IMG/VR virus record: IMGVR_UViG_3300021962_008747
Location: 1 to 64,000 of that record
Direction: 5' to 3' (one strand)
Origin: a virus
Lineage: Duplodnaviria; Caudoviricetes
DNA: 64,000 bases
Position numbers and translations under genes: made by a program. Below the pieces are notes generated by a model that had not been told where the DNA came from, searched no databases, and was given only the letters and a program-made list of their open reading frames with translations. The stretch's first letter is position 1. Every line of letters starts with the position of its first letter. Below are positions 1 to 8,540 of this stretch, piece by piece.

Positions 1-1338
1 TGGGAAAATGGAATAATCACAGGTCAAACAAATATTGAGTCCTCAACAATATCTGCAACAACATATCTTAATTTACCTATAAGTGGTTTAACTGAAGGTA
101 GTAATATTAATATAAGTGGGACTAATGGTAATTACACAATATCTGTAACAGGAATAACTCAAGGTTTAACAGGAGAATACCTTCCTTTAAGTGGTGGAAC
201 AGTTAGTGGTAATACCACAATAACTGCAGATTTGACTGTCAGTGGAAATTCAGGAATAAATTGGTTTAGTTCAAATACGTCTTCAGATTTAGTTAGAATT
301 ACACAAACAGGAATAGGAAACGCATTTGTTATTGAGGACAACACAAATCCAGACTCAACACCATTTATAATAAATTCAGGTGGTAGCGTATCTGTTGGAA
401 CAACAAGCGTATTTTCAGTTGGTGGGGGTGCAGAAACTAAATTAAACGTATCAAACGGTTCTTCAGGGGTTGCAACTACAGGGTTAGCAATATCAACAGT
501 ATTTTTAGCAGAATCTGCGATTGGTACAAGTATTGGTTTATTAAACCCTGATGTTGCTAACTCACAAATATATTTTGGAACACCTTCAGACACATTTGGT
601 TCTTATTTAAGGTGGGATTATACAAATAGAGATTTTATATTAAGTACCGCGAATAGTACGGGTAAATTAATATTTCAAACAGCAAATAGTGTTGAGGCCG
701 CAAGAATTGACCAAAATGGAAATATGGGTATTGGTCTTACAGGTGCCACACAAAAACTAGAAGTAAGTGGTAATACAAGAATATATGGGTCAATGAGTGC
801 TCAGACCGGATATATTTCAGGATCAGGCCAAAACATTCTTACTGTTATTGGTTCAGGAAATAGTACTACTTCACCATTATTTAGTGTTCAAGGATCAAGC
901 GGCGAATTATTTTCAATTACAGATAGTCTAACAGGTTCGTTATTTAGTGTAAATGATATTTCAGGTCTTCCAATATTAGAAACTTTTTCAGATAACACAA
1001 CATTATGGGGATCATATCAGTCTCCATCATTAAATACAACAACGAAAACAAGTTTAACTGCAGGTACAAACACAATATATTCTATTCCTACAAGTGCTTA
1101 CACAGGTGCGTTTTATGAATATACTTTAATTAGTACAGGATCAACAGGTGCAAGAGCAGGACAAATTATGTCAATATGGAGTGGTTCGACTGCGAACTTC
1201 ACTGAAACATCAACAACAGATATTGGAACAACTACTGGTGTAACATTCACAGTTGCTGTTAGTGGAAATAATGCGGTATTAAGTTCATCAGCAACAACAG
1301 CCGGATGGACAGTTAAAACAATTATAAGGAGCATATAA
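1..1338 (+). CDS. Tail fibre / adhesin-like virion protein, 5'-truncated (frame is open from base 1)
   Basis: Frame of track ORF 232..1338 reads open from base 1 (WENGIITGQTNIESSTISATT...). Ser/Thr/Gly-rich, with GNMGIG..ATQKLEVSG fibre motif; shares modules with the gene at 62132. Confidence 0.7.
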   Translation, partial: WENGIITGQTNIESSTISATTYLNLPISGLTEGSNINISGTNGNYTISVTGITQGLTGEYLPLSGGTVSGNTTITADLTVSGNSGINWFSSNTSSDLVRITQTGIGNAFVIEDNTNPDSTPFIINSGGSVSVGTTSVFSVGGGAETKLNVSNGSSGVATTGLAISTVFLAESAIGTSIGLLNPDVANSQIYFGTPSDTFGSYLRWDYTNRDFILSTANSTGKLIFQTANSVEAARIDQNGNMGIGLTGATQKLEVSGNTRIYGSMSAQTGYISGSGQNILTVIGSGNSTTSPLFSVQGSSGELFSITDSLTGSLFSVNDISGLPILETFSDNTTLWGSYQSPSLNTTTKTSLTAGTNTIYSIPTSAYTGAFYEYTLISTGSTGARAGQIMSIWSGSTANFTETSTTDIGTTTGVTFTVAVSGNNAVLSSSATTAGWTVKTIIRSI

Positions 1339-1340
1339 AA

Positions 1341-2072
1341 ATGGCTTTTCATTATTCACCAAAAATAGTTACAGACGGTTTAGTGTTGTATTTAGATGCT
1401 GCAAATACAAAATCATATGTTTCAGGATCAACATCTTGGAATGATATGAGTAAAAATACCAATAATGGAAACTTAATTAATGGGCCAACTTTTAGTGACA
1501 CTAATATGGGTTCAATTTCTTTTGACGGCACAGATGATTATTTTATTACACCAACAGGTTTAACACCAACATTAAATATTACATCTGAAATTACTTTAGA
1601 AACTTGGTTTAAATCAACCGCACTTGCAAATGTTAGTCACGGAGATAATTTATTTAGTAAAGGGTTGTCAACTGACTTAAATAGTGGTGTTTATGAGTTA
1701 AATTTGGCCAATAATACAACGGCAAATAGACCTTCATTTAGAATGAGAATCGGTTCTTCAACCCCATTGTATAGTCCAACAAATATTTTAATAGAATTAA
1801 ACACAATATACAACGTGGTTTGTACGTATAATGGTAGTATAATGAGAATTTTTGTAAATGGGGTTGAAAGTGGTTCGGGATTATCGACTTCCGGTGCGAT
1901 ACAAAACAATACACAACAATTAACAATTGGTGTTAGATATGTACATAGAACAGGAATCTCTGATTCATTTTTTTCAGGTAATATATACATCTCAAAAATA
2001 TATAATCGTGCACTTTCATCATCCGAAATTATACAAAATTATAACGCAACTAAAACCAGATTTGGACTTTAA
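1341..2072 (+). CDS. LamG/concanavalin A-like domain virion protein
   Basis: IVTDGLVLYLDAA...FDGTDDY...IYNRALSSSEIIQNYNA, typical of phage LamG lectin-fold proteins. Confidence 0.8.
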   Translation: MAFHYSPKIVTDGLVLYLDAANTKSYVSGSTSWNDMSKNTNNGNLINGPTFSDTNMGSISFDGTDDYFITPTGLTPTLNITSEITLETWFKSTALANVSHGDNLFSKGLSTDLNSGVYELNLANNTTANRPSFRMRIGSSTPLYSPTNILIELNTIYNVVCTYNGSIMRIFVNGVESGSGLSTSGAIQNNTQQLTIGVRYVHRTGISDSFFSGNIYISKIYNRALSSSEIIQNYNATKTRFGL

Positions 2073-2075
2073 AAT

Positions 2076-2783
2076 ATGGCAGGAAGAATAACATATTATG
2101 GAGGAATTGTAACACAAGGTTTAGTGTTAGACTTAGATGCCGCTAAACATGATTCATATCCTAGAACAGGTACAGCGTGGAATGATATTTCGGGTAATAG
2201 AAATAATGGTACATTGGTAAATGGGCCTACGTTTGATACTGGAAATGGTGGTAGTATAGTGTTTGATGGTGTTGATGATAGAATTGGATCAACTATTTTA
2301 CAAATAACAAGTGCAATAACTATTTCATTTTGGATGAAGACAACTACAACAGCTAATTTAAATGCTATTGTTTGTAGAGATGAAACAGGTAGTGCTAGAT
2401 TATGGAATGTAATATACAGAGGTAGTACTCTTAGATATTTAAATTTTGTCGTTTGGCACACTAATGGAACATTTACTGAACTTTTAAGTACTGCTAATAT
2501 TTTAGATGACGGTCTTTGGAAACATATAGTTTGTACGTATGACGGAACGACAAATACTAATAACTATAGAATATATATTAATGGATCCTTAGATAAACAA
2601 TCTACACCAAACAGTACCGGTATTAAAACTAACTTAACTACCACCCTAACTTTAGGTTCTTTAACTAATGGTAATGGTTGGTTTTTTAACGGAAATATAT
2701 CTCAAGTACTCATTTATAACAAATACTTCTCAGTATCCGAAGTACTACAAAACTATAACGCAACTAAAGGAAGATATTTATAA
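2076..2783 (+). CDS. LamG/concanavalin A-like domain virion protein (paralogue 2)
   Basis: Same conserved termini (GLVLDLDAA, NGPTF, FDGVDD, EVLQNYNA). Confidence 0.8.
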   Translation: MAGRITYYGGIVTQGLVLDLDAAKHDSYPRTGTAWNDISGNRNNGTLVNGPTFDTGNGGSIVFDGVDDRIGSTILQITSAITISFWMKTTTTANLNAIVCRDETGSARLWNVIYRGSTLRYLNFVVWHTNGTFTELLSTANILDDGLWKHIVCTYDGTTNTNNYRIYINGSLDKQSTPNSTGIKTNLTTTLTLGSLTNGNGWFFNGNISQVLIYNKYFSVSEVLQNYNATKGRYL

Positions 2784-2786
2784 CAT

Positions 2787-3053
2787 ATGGAAACACAAGA
2801 TTACACAAACAGAGAATTTATGATATTTAACGTATCTGAATTACCACTTATTGATTTTTCACAAGTATTAGAAACATCAATCGACACAGTTAGAAAAAGT
2901 GTTGATGAAACAAAAACATTTGTAAAATGGGATGGAAATACTATTCCATCAAGTGTTGATTCATTAACAACAAAAGAGGGTCCTTATACCTATGAAGAGA
3001 TTTTGGTAATATTATCGGGACCTGAATGGACAAACAATATTGATTTAGTATGA
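2787..3053 (+). CDS. Small hypothetical protein in fibre/LamG cluster
   Basis: 88-aa ORF tightly coupled to its neighbours. Confidence 0.6.
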   Translation: METQDYTNREFMIFNVSELPLIDFSQVLETSIDTVRKSVDETKTFVKWDGNTIPSSVDSLTTKEGPYTYEEILVILSGPEWTNNIDLV

Positions 3054-3772
3054 GCACTGTAAGTGGAAATTACTATGGCGGAATAGTTAGGCAAGGATTA
3101 CTACTATTATTAGATAGTGCTAAACGCGACTCTTACGTTGGTTATGGGACAGAATGGGCCGATATTTCACGTAATCAGTATAATGCCACATTAATAAATG
3201 GACCCACATTTAATTCCGATAATGGAAGAAGTATTGTATTTGATGGGACGAACGATTATGTTAAGGGGGATAGTATATTTAGTGTTTTAAATGGTACAAA
3301 TAAATTATCGTTATCAATGTGGATTAATGTCACGGATTTATTAAGTAGTAGGATTTTATTTCACATACCAAAAAATCTAACAGCATCTAATTCTCAAGTT
3401 TTAATTTTTTTACGTACTACAGGTGTTTTGGACATTTCTGTAAATTCAGCAAGTACATTTTGTAGAAGTATTAGTGGTTCGGTCACTAGTAATATATGGA
3501 CTAACATAAGTATTAATTTTGATTTATCTCAGGCTACACAATCGAATAGAATAAGACCTTATGTTAACGGAATTGACGTTTTTAGTGTATCCAATAACCC
3601 CCCTACGTCATTTCCTGTGTCAACCGGTGAATATTGGTTAGGTGAAGAGTCAAATGGATATCTTAATCCATTCAAAGGAAATATCTCAAATTTAATTTTA
3701 TATAATAGAGTTTTGACAACTTCAGAAATTTCACAAAACTTTAATGCTTATAGATCTCGTTTTGGTATATGA
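3050..3772 (+). CDS. LamG/concanavalin A-like domain virion protein (paralogue 3)
   Basis: GLLLLLDSA, NGPTF, FDGTNDY, YNRVLTTSEISQNFNA. Confidence 0.8.
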   Translation: MSTVSGNYYGGIVRQGLLLLLDSAKRDSYVGYGTEWADISRNQYNATLINGPTFNSDNGRSIVFDGTNDYVKGDSIFSVLNGTNKLSLSMWINVTDLLSSRILFHIPKNLTASNSQVLIFLRTTGVLDISVNSASTFCRSISGSVTSNIWTNISINFDLSQATQSNRIRPYVNGIDVFSVSNNPPTSFPVSTGEYWLGEESNGYLNPFKGNISNLILYNRVLTTSEISQNFNAYRSRFGI

Positions 3773-3816
3773 TATATTTATATTAAAATAACAATTACTG
3801 GATAGGGAAAGTAATT

Positions 3817-4335
3817 ATGGCAAATGAATTTATAATTAAAAATGGTTTTGTTTCAAAAGGTAACTCAACAATAGAAGGTACTTTTAGCGGATCAACTCTC
3901 AAAACAAACACAATAGATACCTCACTTAGGAATTTATACGCATCTGATCTAACACCAACGGTTGATTGGGAGACGACTCAGCTGGTGGGAGTTGGTGGTT
4001 CGGTTATTTTGGATTGGACACAAGGAACAATAAAAGATTCGGGACCTAACTTGAGTATTGATTGGAATAATAGGATTTTATATGATGGTAGTGAAATAGG
4101 TGTTTTAGATTGGCAAAATAAAATCATGACAGGAATGACTAATGTGACCACCACTGTATTGACAGTAGACGAAACAATCGATTTTTCATCTGCTGGAACT
4201 ATTTCAGGAGCAGGTTTAGTAATACCAACAACAATACCGGCAGAACCGGTTTCTGGTTCAACCTACGTTGATCTATCCGCATTAAGACTTTATATTTATG
4301 ACGGAGTAACTTGGAGAAACACAATACTTACTTAA
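3817..4335 (+). CDS. Short fibre-like virion protein
   Basis: MANEFIIKNG start, repeated xDW motifs, C-terminal LYIYDGVTW. Confidence 0.55.
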   Translation: MANEFIIKNGFVSKGNSTIEGTFSGSTLKTNTIDTSLRNLYASDLTPTVDWETTQLVGVGGSVILDWTQGTIKDSGPNLSIDWNNRILYDGSEIGVLDWQNKIMTGMTNVTTTVLTVDETIDFSSAGTISGAGLVIPTTIPAEPVSGSTYVDLSALRLYIYDGVTWRNTILT

Positions 4336-4820
4336 ACTAATTCAGGTTTAAAAAACAAACGTTCTTTACTACCAACCATTTGTTTATACCACATATTCTT
4401 ATCGTCTAACCACACATAAGGATCTTCAGGATTTTCAGTCCAACCGTGTTTAGAATAGTAATCAAAATCTTTACGTAATAAATTTGCCCTATGAGATGAA
4501 TGAAATTCTTCACAACCTAACCAATTAGGTAAGATAAATTCACCCTCAATTGTTTCATATTCCATAGTATTTTTGAAACCACGTTCTTTCCATACGTCAA
4601 TACAGTCGTTGTAATATTGTTTGAGGGCGTTTACATAATCACGCCACATTACTGAACATGGGTGGTTTAACCAACCCTTGTAAGGTTTACCATCTTTACG
4701 TAAACGACCTGTAATTGCCGATATAATTTGATAAGCCTCAACACGTTGTTTACCAAGACGTTTATTGTCTAAAGACTCTAATGATTTTCTGAAATCAGAA
4801 TAAGGAAGAAATGTTTGCAT
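4332..4820 (-). CDS. Pyrimidine-dimer DNA glycosylase-like protein (DenV/MSMEG_6728-like)
   Basis: MQTFLPY..LDNKRLGKQRVEA, HPCSVMW and HSSHRANLLRKD motifs. Confidence 0.8.
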   Translation of the reverse strand: MQTFLPYSDFRKSLESLDNKRLGKQRVEAYQIISAITGRLRKDGKPYKGWLNHPCSVMWRDYVNALKQYYNDCIDVWKERGFKNTMEYETIEGEFILPNWLGCEEFHSSHRANLLRKDFDYYSKHGWTENPEDPYVWLDDKNMWYKQMVGSKERLFFKPELV

Positions 4821-4824
4821 AGTA

Positions 4825-4832
4825 CAAAGATA
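4825..4832 (-). promoter_or_regulatory. Bacteroidota -7 promoter element TATCTTTG (TAnnTTTG)
   Basis: Exact consensus match, 4 nt before the ATG at 4820. Confidence 0.65.
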
Positions 4833-4918
4833 AGAAAATTTTTCTAATTAATTATTGAATAATTGAAAAAAAAGAGATATATATTAAATATAATAAACAT
4901 AAATTACAAAACAAAAAA

Positions 4919-5113
4919 ATGAAAAAATTAGTTTTACTTTCTGCAGCTTTTTTAACGACAGTATCTCTTTTGACATCTTGTGGTGAAAAAGGAACAGGAA
5001 ACGCAACTGAATGTGCAAGTGATTGTGCCACTGAATGTGCAACTGCTAATACAACTAAAGTTGATTCTACAAAAGTATCTACAGACGTTGTTGTTGACAC
5101 AACAGAAAATTAA
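4919..5113 (+). CDS. Small lipoprotein
   Basis: MKK + hydrophobic core + lipobox LTSC; mature part contains CASDCATEC. Confidence 0.7.
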   Translation: MKKLVLLSAAFLTTVSLLTSCGEKGTGNATECASDCATECATANTTKVDSTKVSTDVVVDTTEN

Positions 5114-5134
5114 TTAGGAACTAACCTAAAAAAG

Positions 5135-5163
5135 AAAACCCACTTCAAAAGAGTGGGTTTTTT
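5135..5163. terminator. Bidirectional intrinsic terminator
   Basis: AAAACCCACTT-caaaa-GAGTGGGTTTTTT between convergent genes. Confidence 0.75.
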
Positions 5164-5165
5164 AA

Positions 5166-5705
5166 TTATTCTTTTTTTGAATAAAAATCACATACCGTTT
5201 TTAAGAAAGTTAACATTTCTTCATGTGTAAGGCTGTTCTTTGCTTGGTTACAAATGATACTAATAAACTGTAAGTTTCCTTTAACATAACCTATTTTACT
5301 ATCAATTCTATCTAAAGATGCTGTATTTAAATTATTACCACCTTCGTTTGGATGTAATAATTTAACCCCACTATATGGGCAAATACCCTTTTGGTTGTTC
5401 CATAATTCTAATAAATCTTCTAACCCAACATCGTAATAATGTTTTCTTTTTTTAATCCTTCTGAAATGTTCTCTTAATCCGGTGAAATTGTCTCTCATAT
5501 TACCGCAGTGAGGTAATAAGTATTTCACATTTTCTTTACTATACTTTTTTAAATGTTCGTGACTTGTATGACCACAACACTTTAAAGAGCAATGATTTTT
5601 TCTACCAATTTTTTTATTTCTTGTAACTTCAGATGAATCTTTGTAAAATTCTTTTTTACATTCAGGATTTGAGCACACCACTAATTCTTTTTTTCTATTT
5701 GCCAT
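5166..5705 (-). CDS. HNH-type free-standing endonuclease (likely start ATG 5705)
   Basis: N-terminal CxxxxC...CSxxC Zn-finger; CPYSG...SLDRIDSKIGYVKGNLQFISIICNQAK; TATTTAT motif at 5718-5724 favours the 5705 start. Confidence 0.7.
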   Translation of the reverse strand: MANRKKELVVCSNPECKKEFYKDSSEVTRNKKIGRKNHCSLKCCGHTSHEHLKKYSKENVKYLLPHCGNMRDNFTGLREHFRRIKKRKHYYDVGLEDLLELWNNQKGICPYSGVKLLHPNEGGNNLNTASLDRIDSKIGYVKGNLQFISIICNQAKNSLTHEEMLTFLKTVCDFYSKKE

Positions 5706-5770
5706 GATCTTTATTATATAAATATCCACATCTCCACAAAAAAGTAGTCCGTCTCCACAAAAATTTAAAT

Positions 5771-5802
5771 AAAAAAACCCACCATAATAAAATAGTGGGT
5801 TA
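5771..5802 (-). terminator. Intrinsic terminator after tmRNA
   Basis: AACCCACTAT...ATGGTGGGTT followed by a U-tract on the minus strand. Confidence 0.7.
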
Positions 5803-5804
5803 AG

Positions 5805-6212
5805 TGGTGGACCTAGAGGGCTCCGACTCCCTCGTCCAGATCATCTTGTTTAAAAGACACCTACATGTTTAGGTTGGTGTTTTCTAACACCCCAAAATAT
5901 TTGATTTTATCTTGATCAAAAACAAGTATGGTTTGTTCTTCACTATCGTAAACCAAAAACCAATAGACCACTCAATTTCGGGTTTAGTGGTAATCTACCT
6001 TAGTCACTTCTGTTCCTGAGCGTATGTGAACCGGCTCGCGTATCCGTAAACTTCTTAAGCTACAGTTACTTCTTGAGTTGAGATTAGACCCAAAGTCTCA
6101 AGGTTGTTTAGCACATTGCCATTTGTAGTGTGAATCAGTTTTTAACGAGATTAATTCAGTCCCGACATGCTTCTTTTATTCAACCAATGCCCGTCAAATC
6201 CATTATAGGCCC
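5805..6212 (-). ncRNA. ssrA: tmRNA (one-piece, 408 nt); predicted tag (A)GNVLNNLETLGLISTQEVTVA at 6120-6055
   Basis: 5' GGGCCTA-TAATGGATTTGACGGG...GCATGTCGGG; 3' AAACATGTAG...GGAC-GAGGG..CCCTC-TAGGTCC-A-CCA; acceptor stem with G3:U Ala identity pair; encoded CCA; resume context AAAT-GGC. Confidence 0.9.
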
Positions 6213-6247
6213 GTATATCTTAAATAACGATTTTCAAAGAACTTATA

Positions 6248-6255
6248 CAAAGATA
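6248..6255 (-). promoter_or_regulatory. Bacteroidota -7 promoter element (TATCTTTG) for tmRNA
   Basis: TAnnTTTG match ~35 nt upstream of the mature 5' end. Confidence 0.65.
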
Positions 6256-6293
6256 ATATATTTGTTTCTATTATCCAATATATTTATATAAAT

Positions 6294-7475
6294 ATGTTGA
6301 AAAAAAAGTTTATTTTCGAAAACGATCATGAAGAAGACCCTGACAACTGGTCTGATTATAAAAACATCATGTATTTGGCTAAAAATAGAATTAGTCCGTA
6401 TGGTGTTACTTTTGAAACATCTGATGGTAAAAGTTTTGATGATATTATTGAAGTTACTCGCGACGGTATAATTTTTACTTTTGACGGATTAAAAGATTAT
6501 TTACAATTCTTTTTTCCTGAAGATTACGGTGAAGATAATACTGATGGTGAATGGGATGCTAGTAATTATGAATCAATGTATGAGGGTAACTGGGAGTGGT
6601 ATAATGATTTTTATGATAGAGATGTTGAAGATTGGAGAGAAGGTTATGTTACAGATCGTTTTAGAAAAAATCATTTAGAATTAATTAGAGATATAACAAA
6701 AACTATTTCACCAAGATTATACATAAAACTAACAAATGTTTTAGAAGAAAAAGAGGAATATGATGGAATATTAAATATTGAAGTAAGAGATTTTTTAGAT
6801 ACAATAAATATTGGTGATAATATAGTAGAGGCTTACACTGACGCTAATTACCAAGCAGTTGTAGATGAAATACCAAAAGGAATTAGAGAAACGTATTGTG
6901 ATTGCTTAAGAAATGTTGGTGTTGAAAGATATAGTAAAAAAACTTGTTTTTGGAAATATGAAATGGATTGGGGGTCTTGTATGATGTTATATGCTCGTTT
7001 TGGAACTGATGAAGACAAACTTTTAGATTTATTATTTGAATCAATTAAAAAAGAAGGTATTAGACATTTACCCGCATATTATGAAATGCAATATGAATTT
7101 TGGGATGACAATAGATTTGAAACTACATGGAATACAAAAGTTACAGAAGTTCTTGAAAAAAAATTAGAAGACATTCAAAATAATCCTGAAGATTACGATG
7201 AAAAATATTTAGAAGTTATTGATAAAGTATCCCAACTTGGAGGAATTAATACTTGGATCAAAACAAAAGATGGTAAATATGAAATATTAATTAGCGATAT
7301 TGAACCAAGCACTAGTTTAATTAAATATAAAATTAAAGAACCTTATAAGTGGCAAACTAAAGTAGGAAAAACTGATATTGATAGTTTAATAAATATGATT
7401 TATAACGAGAAGTTATTTAACATGTTGGAACATATTGATAGATTTTCAATACTTAGAAATAAAACGTTCCTTTAA
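6294..7475 (+). CDS. Acidic hypothetical protein
   Basis: 393-aa ORF preceded by TATTTAT. Confidence 0.6.
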   Translation: MLKKKFIFENDHEEDPDNWSDYKNIMYLAKNRISPYGVTFETSDGKSFDDIIEVTRDGIIFTFDGLKDYLQFFFPEDYGEDNTDGEWDASNYESMYEGNWEWYNDFYDRDVEDWREGYVTDRFRKNHLELIRDITKTISPRLYIKLTNVLEEKEEYDGILNIEVRDFLDTINIGDNIVEAYTDANYQAVVDEIPKGIRETYCDCLRNVGVERYSKKTCFWKYEMDWGSCMMLYARFGTDEDKLLDLLFESIKKEGIRHLPAYYEMQYEFWDDNRFETTWNTKVTEVLEKKLEDIQNNPEDYDEKYLEVIDKVSQLGGINTWIKTKDGKYEILISDIEPSTSLIKYKIKEPYKWQTKVGKTDIDSLINMIYNEKLFNMLEHIDRFSILRNKTFL

Positions 7476-8492
7476 TATCTCATAAAGATAAACCAAATCA
7501 TCATCATTTATAAAAAGATTATTACCGTCAAAAATATCTGATATTGTAATACCATCTTTTTCTTCAATTACATCAATACTTTCTAATTGATGAACAGGGT
7601 AATCTTCAATTTCTTCATCATCTTCAAATTGTAATAAAGAATTCATAACAGTTTGTGGTGTATAAACAATTGGTTTATATTCGTACTTATATTTTTTTAA
7701 ACCCAATTCTTTAACCATATTTAATCCTGCGGTAATTGCATTTTTTACATCCTCTATTGATACAAATTCTTGGTTTGAATGCATGTTATAATAACCACAA
7801 GACATGTTGATACAACAAACATCAATTTTCTTTTTTAGTTGTGATATGTCAGTATATGGGTGTGATTGAACAAGCATTTCATTTCCAAATGCCCTTTCAA
7901 TAACATCAATTGATTTAATAAAAAATTCACTATCACGATCAAATAAACGAACTCCCGAGCAAATCTCGGATATTAAATGATTTCCCGGAGCATCATATTG
8001 AGTAATGTATCCAACATTTTGTAAGAAGTTTTCATCACATTTTGAAGATCCATGACAACCCGTTTCTTCTGAAACAAATAGACCAATTTTTACTTTATCT
8101 AATGTTTTAAGTAATTCTAAACAGATAAAAATACCACATTTATCATCACCACCAATACCTGTTGGATTACCGTCTTCGGTATATGCCTTCAAACACGGAA
8201 CCTCATCATTATTAAATGTTTTACCAAAAGTGTTTGGTCTGATGAGGTTCTCTTCTTTTACGATAATTTTATCTACCTTTTGATGAACGGTGTCCGTGTG
8301 GGCAATAAACATTGGGTAGTATTCACCTTCGTTTAATTCGCCTTTAGTTGCATATATATTCATCATATTATCTCGGTAGTAGGAGACGCCTGGAATTGTG
8401 TCAAGTTCATTACAAAGATATTCTACCATATCTTCTTCTTGATATGTTTTAGAAGGGATTGATAGTAACTCTTTGAATTTAGATAGGTTCAT
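7446..8492 (-). CDS. M20/M28-family zinc metallopeptidase
   Basis: AHTDTVH, GGDDKCG, SEETG and GYYNMHS metal-ligand motifs. Confidence 0.85.
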   Translation of the reverse strand: MNLSKFKELLSIPSKTYQEEDMVEYLCNELDTIPGVSYYRDNMMNIYATKGELNEGEYYPMFIAHTDTVHQKVDKIIVKEENLIRPNTFGKTFNNDEVPCLKAYTEDGNPTGIGGDDKCGIFICLELLKTLDKVKIGLFVSEETGCHGSSKCDENFLQNVGYITQYDAPGNHLISEICSGVRLFDRDSEFFIKSIDVIERAFGNEMLVQSHPYTDISQLKKKIDVCCINMSCGYYNMHSNQEFVSIEDVKNAITAGLNMVKELGLKKYKYEYKPIVYTPQTVMNSLLQFEDDEEIEDYPVHQLESIDVIEEKDGITISDIFDGNNLFINDDDLVYLYEILKERFISKY

Positions 8493-8540
8493 TTTCTTTT
8501 TTTGTAAAGGTAATATATTTATTTATAAAAACAAAAATTT

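Noticed and set aside
1341-3772. DGR acting on LamG genes
   Set aside because: No reverse transcriptase and no near-identical TR/VR pair in the window.
5805-5840. Stand-alone tRNA
   Set aside because: It is the 3' half of the tmRNA tRNA-like domain; there is no anticodon arm.
5955-5967. AAAAACCAATAGA in the tmRNA region matching the leader hairpin arm near 27713
   Set aside because: Short AT-rich match with no supporting context; probably chance.
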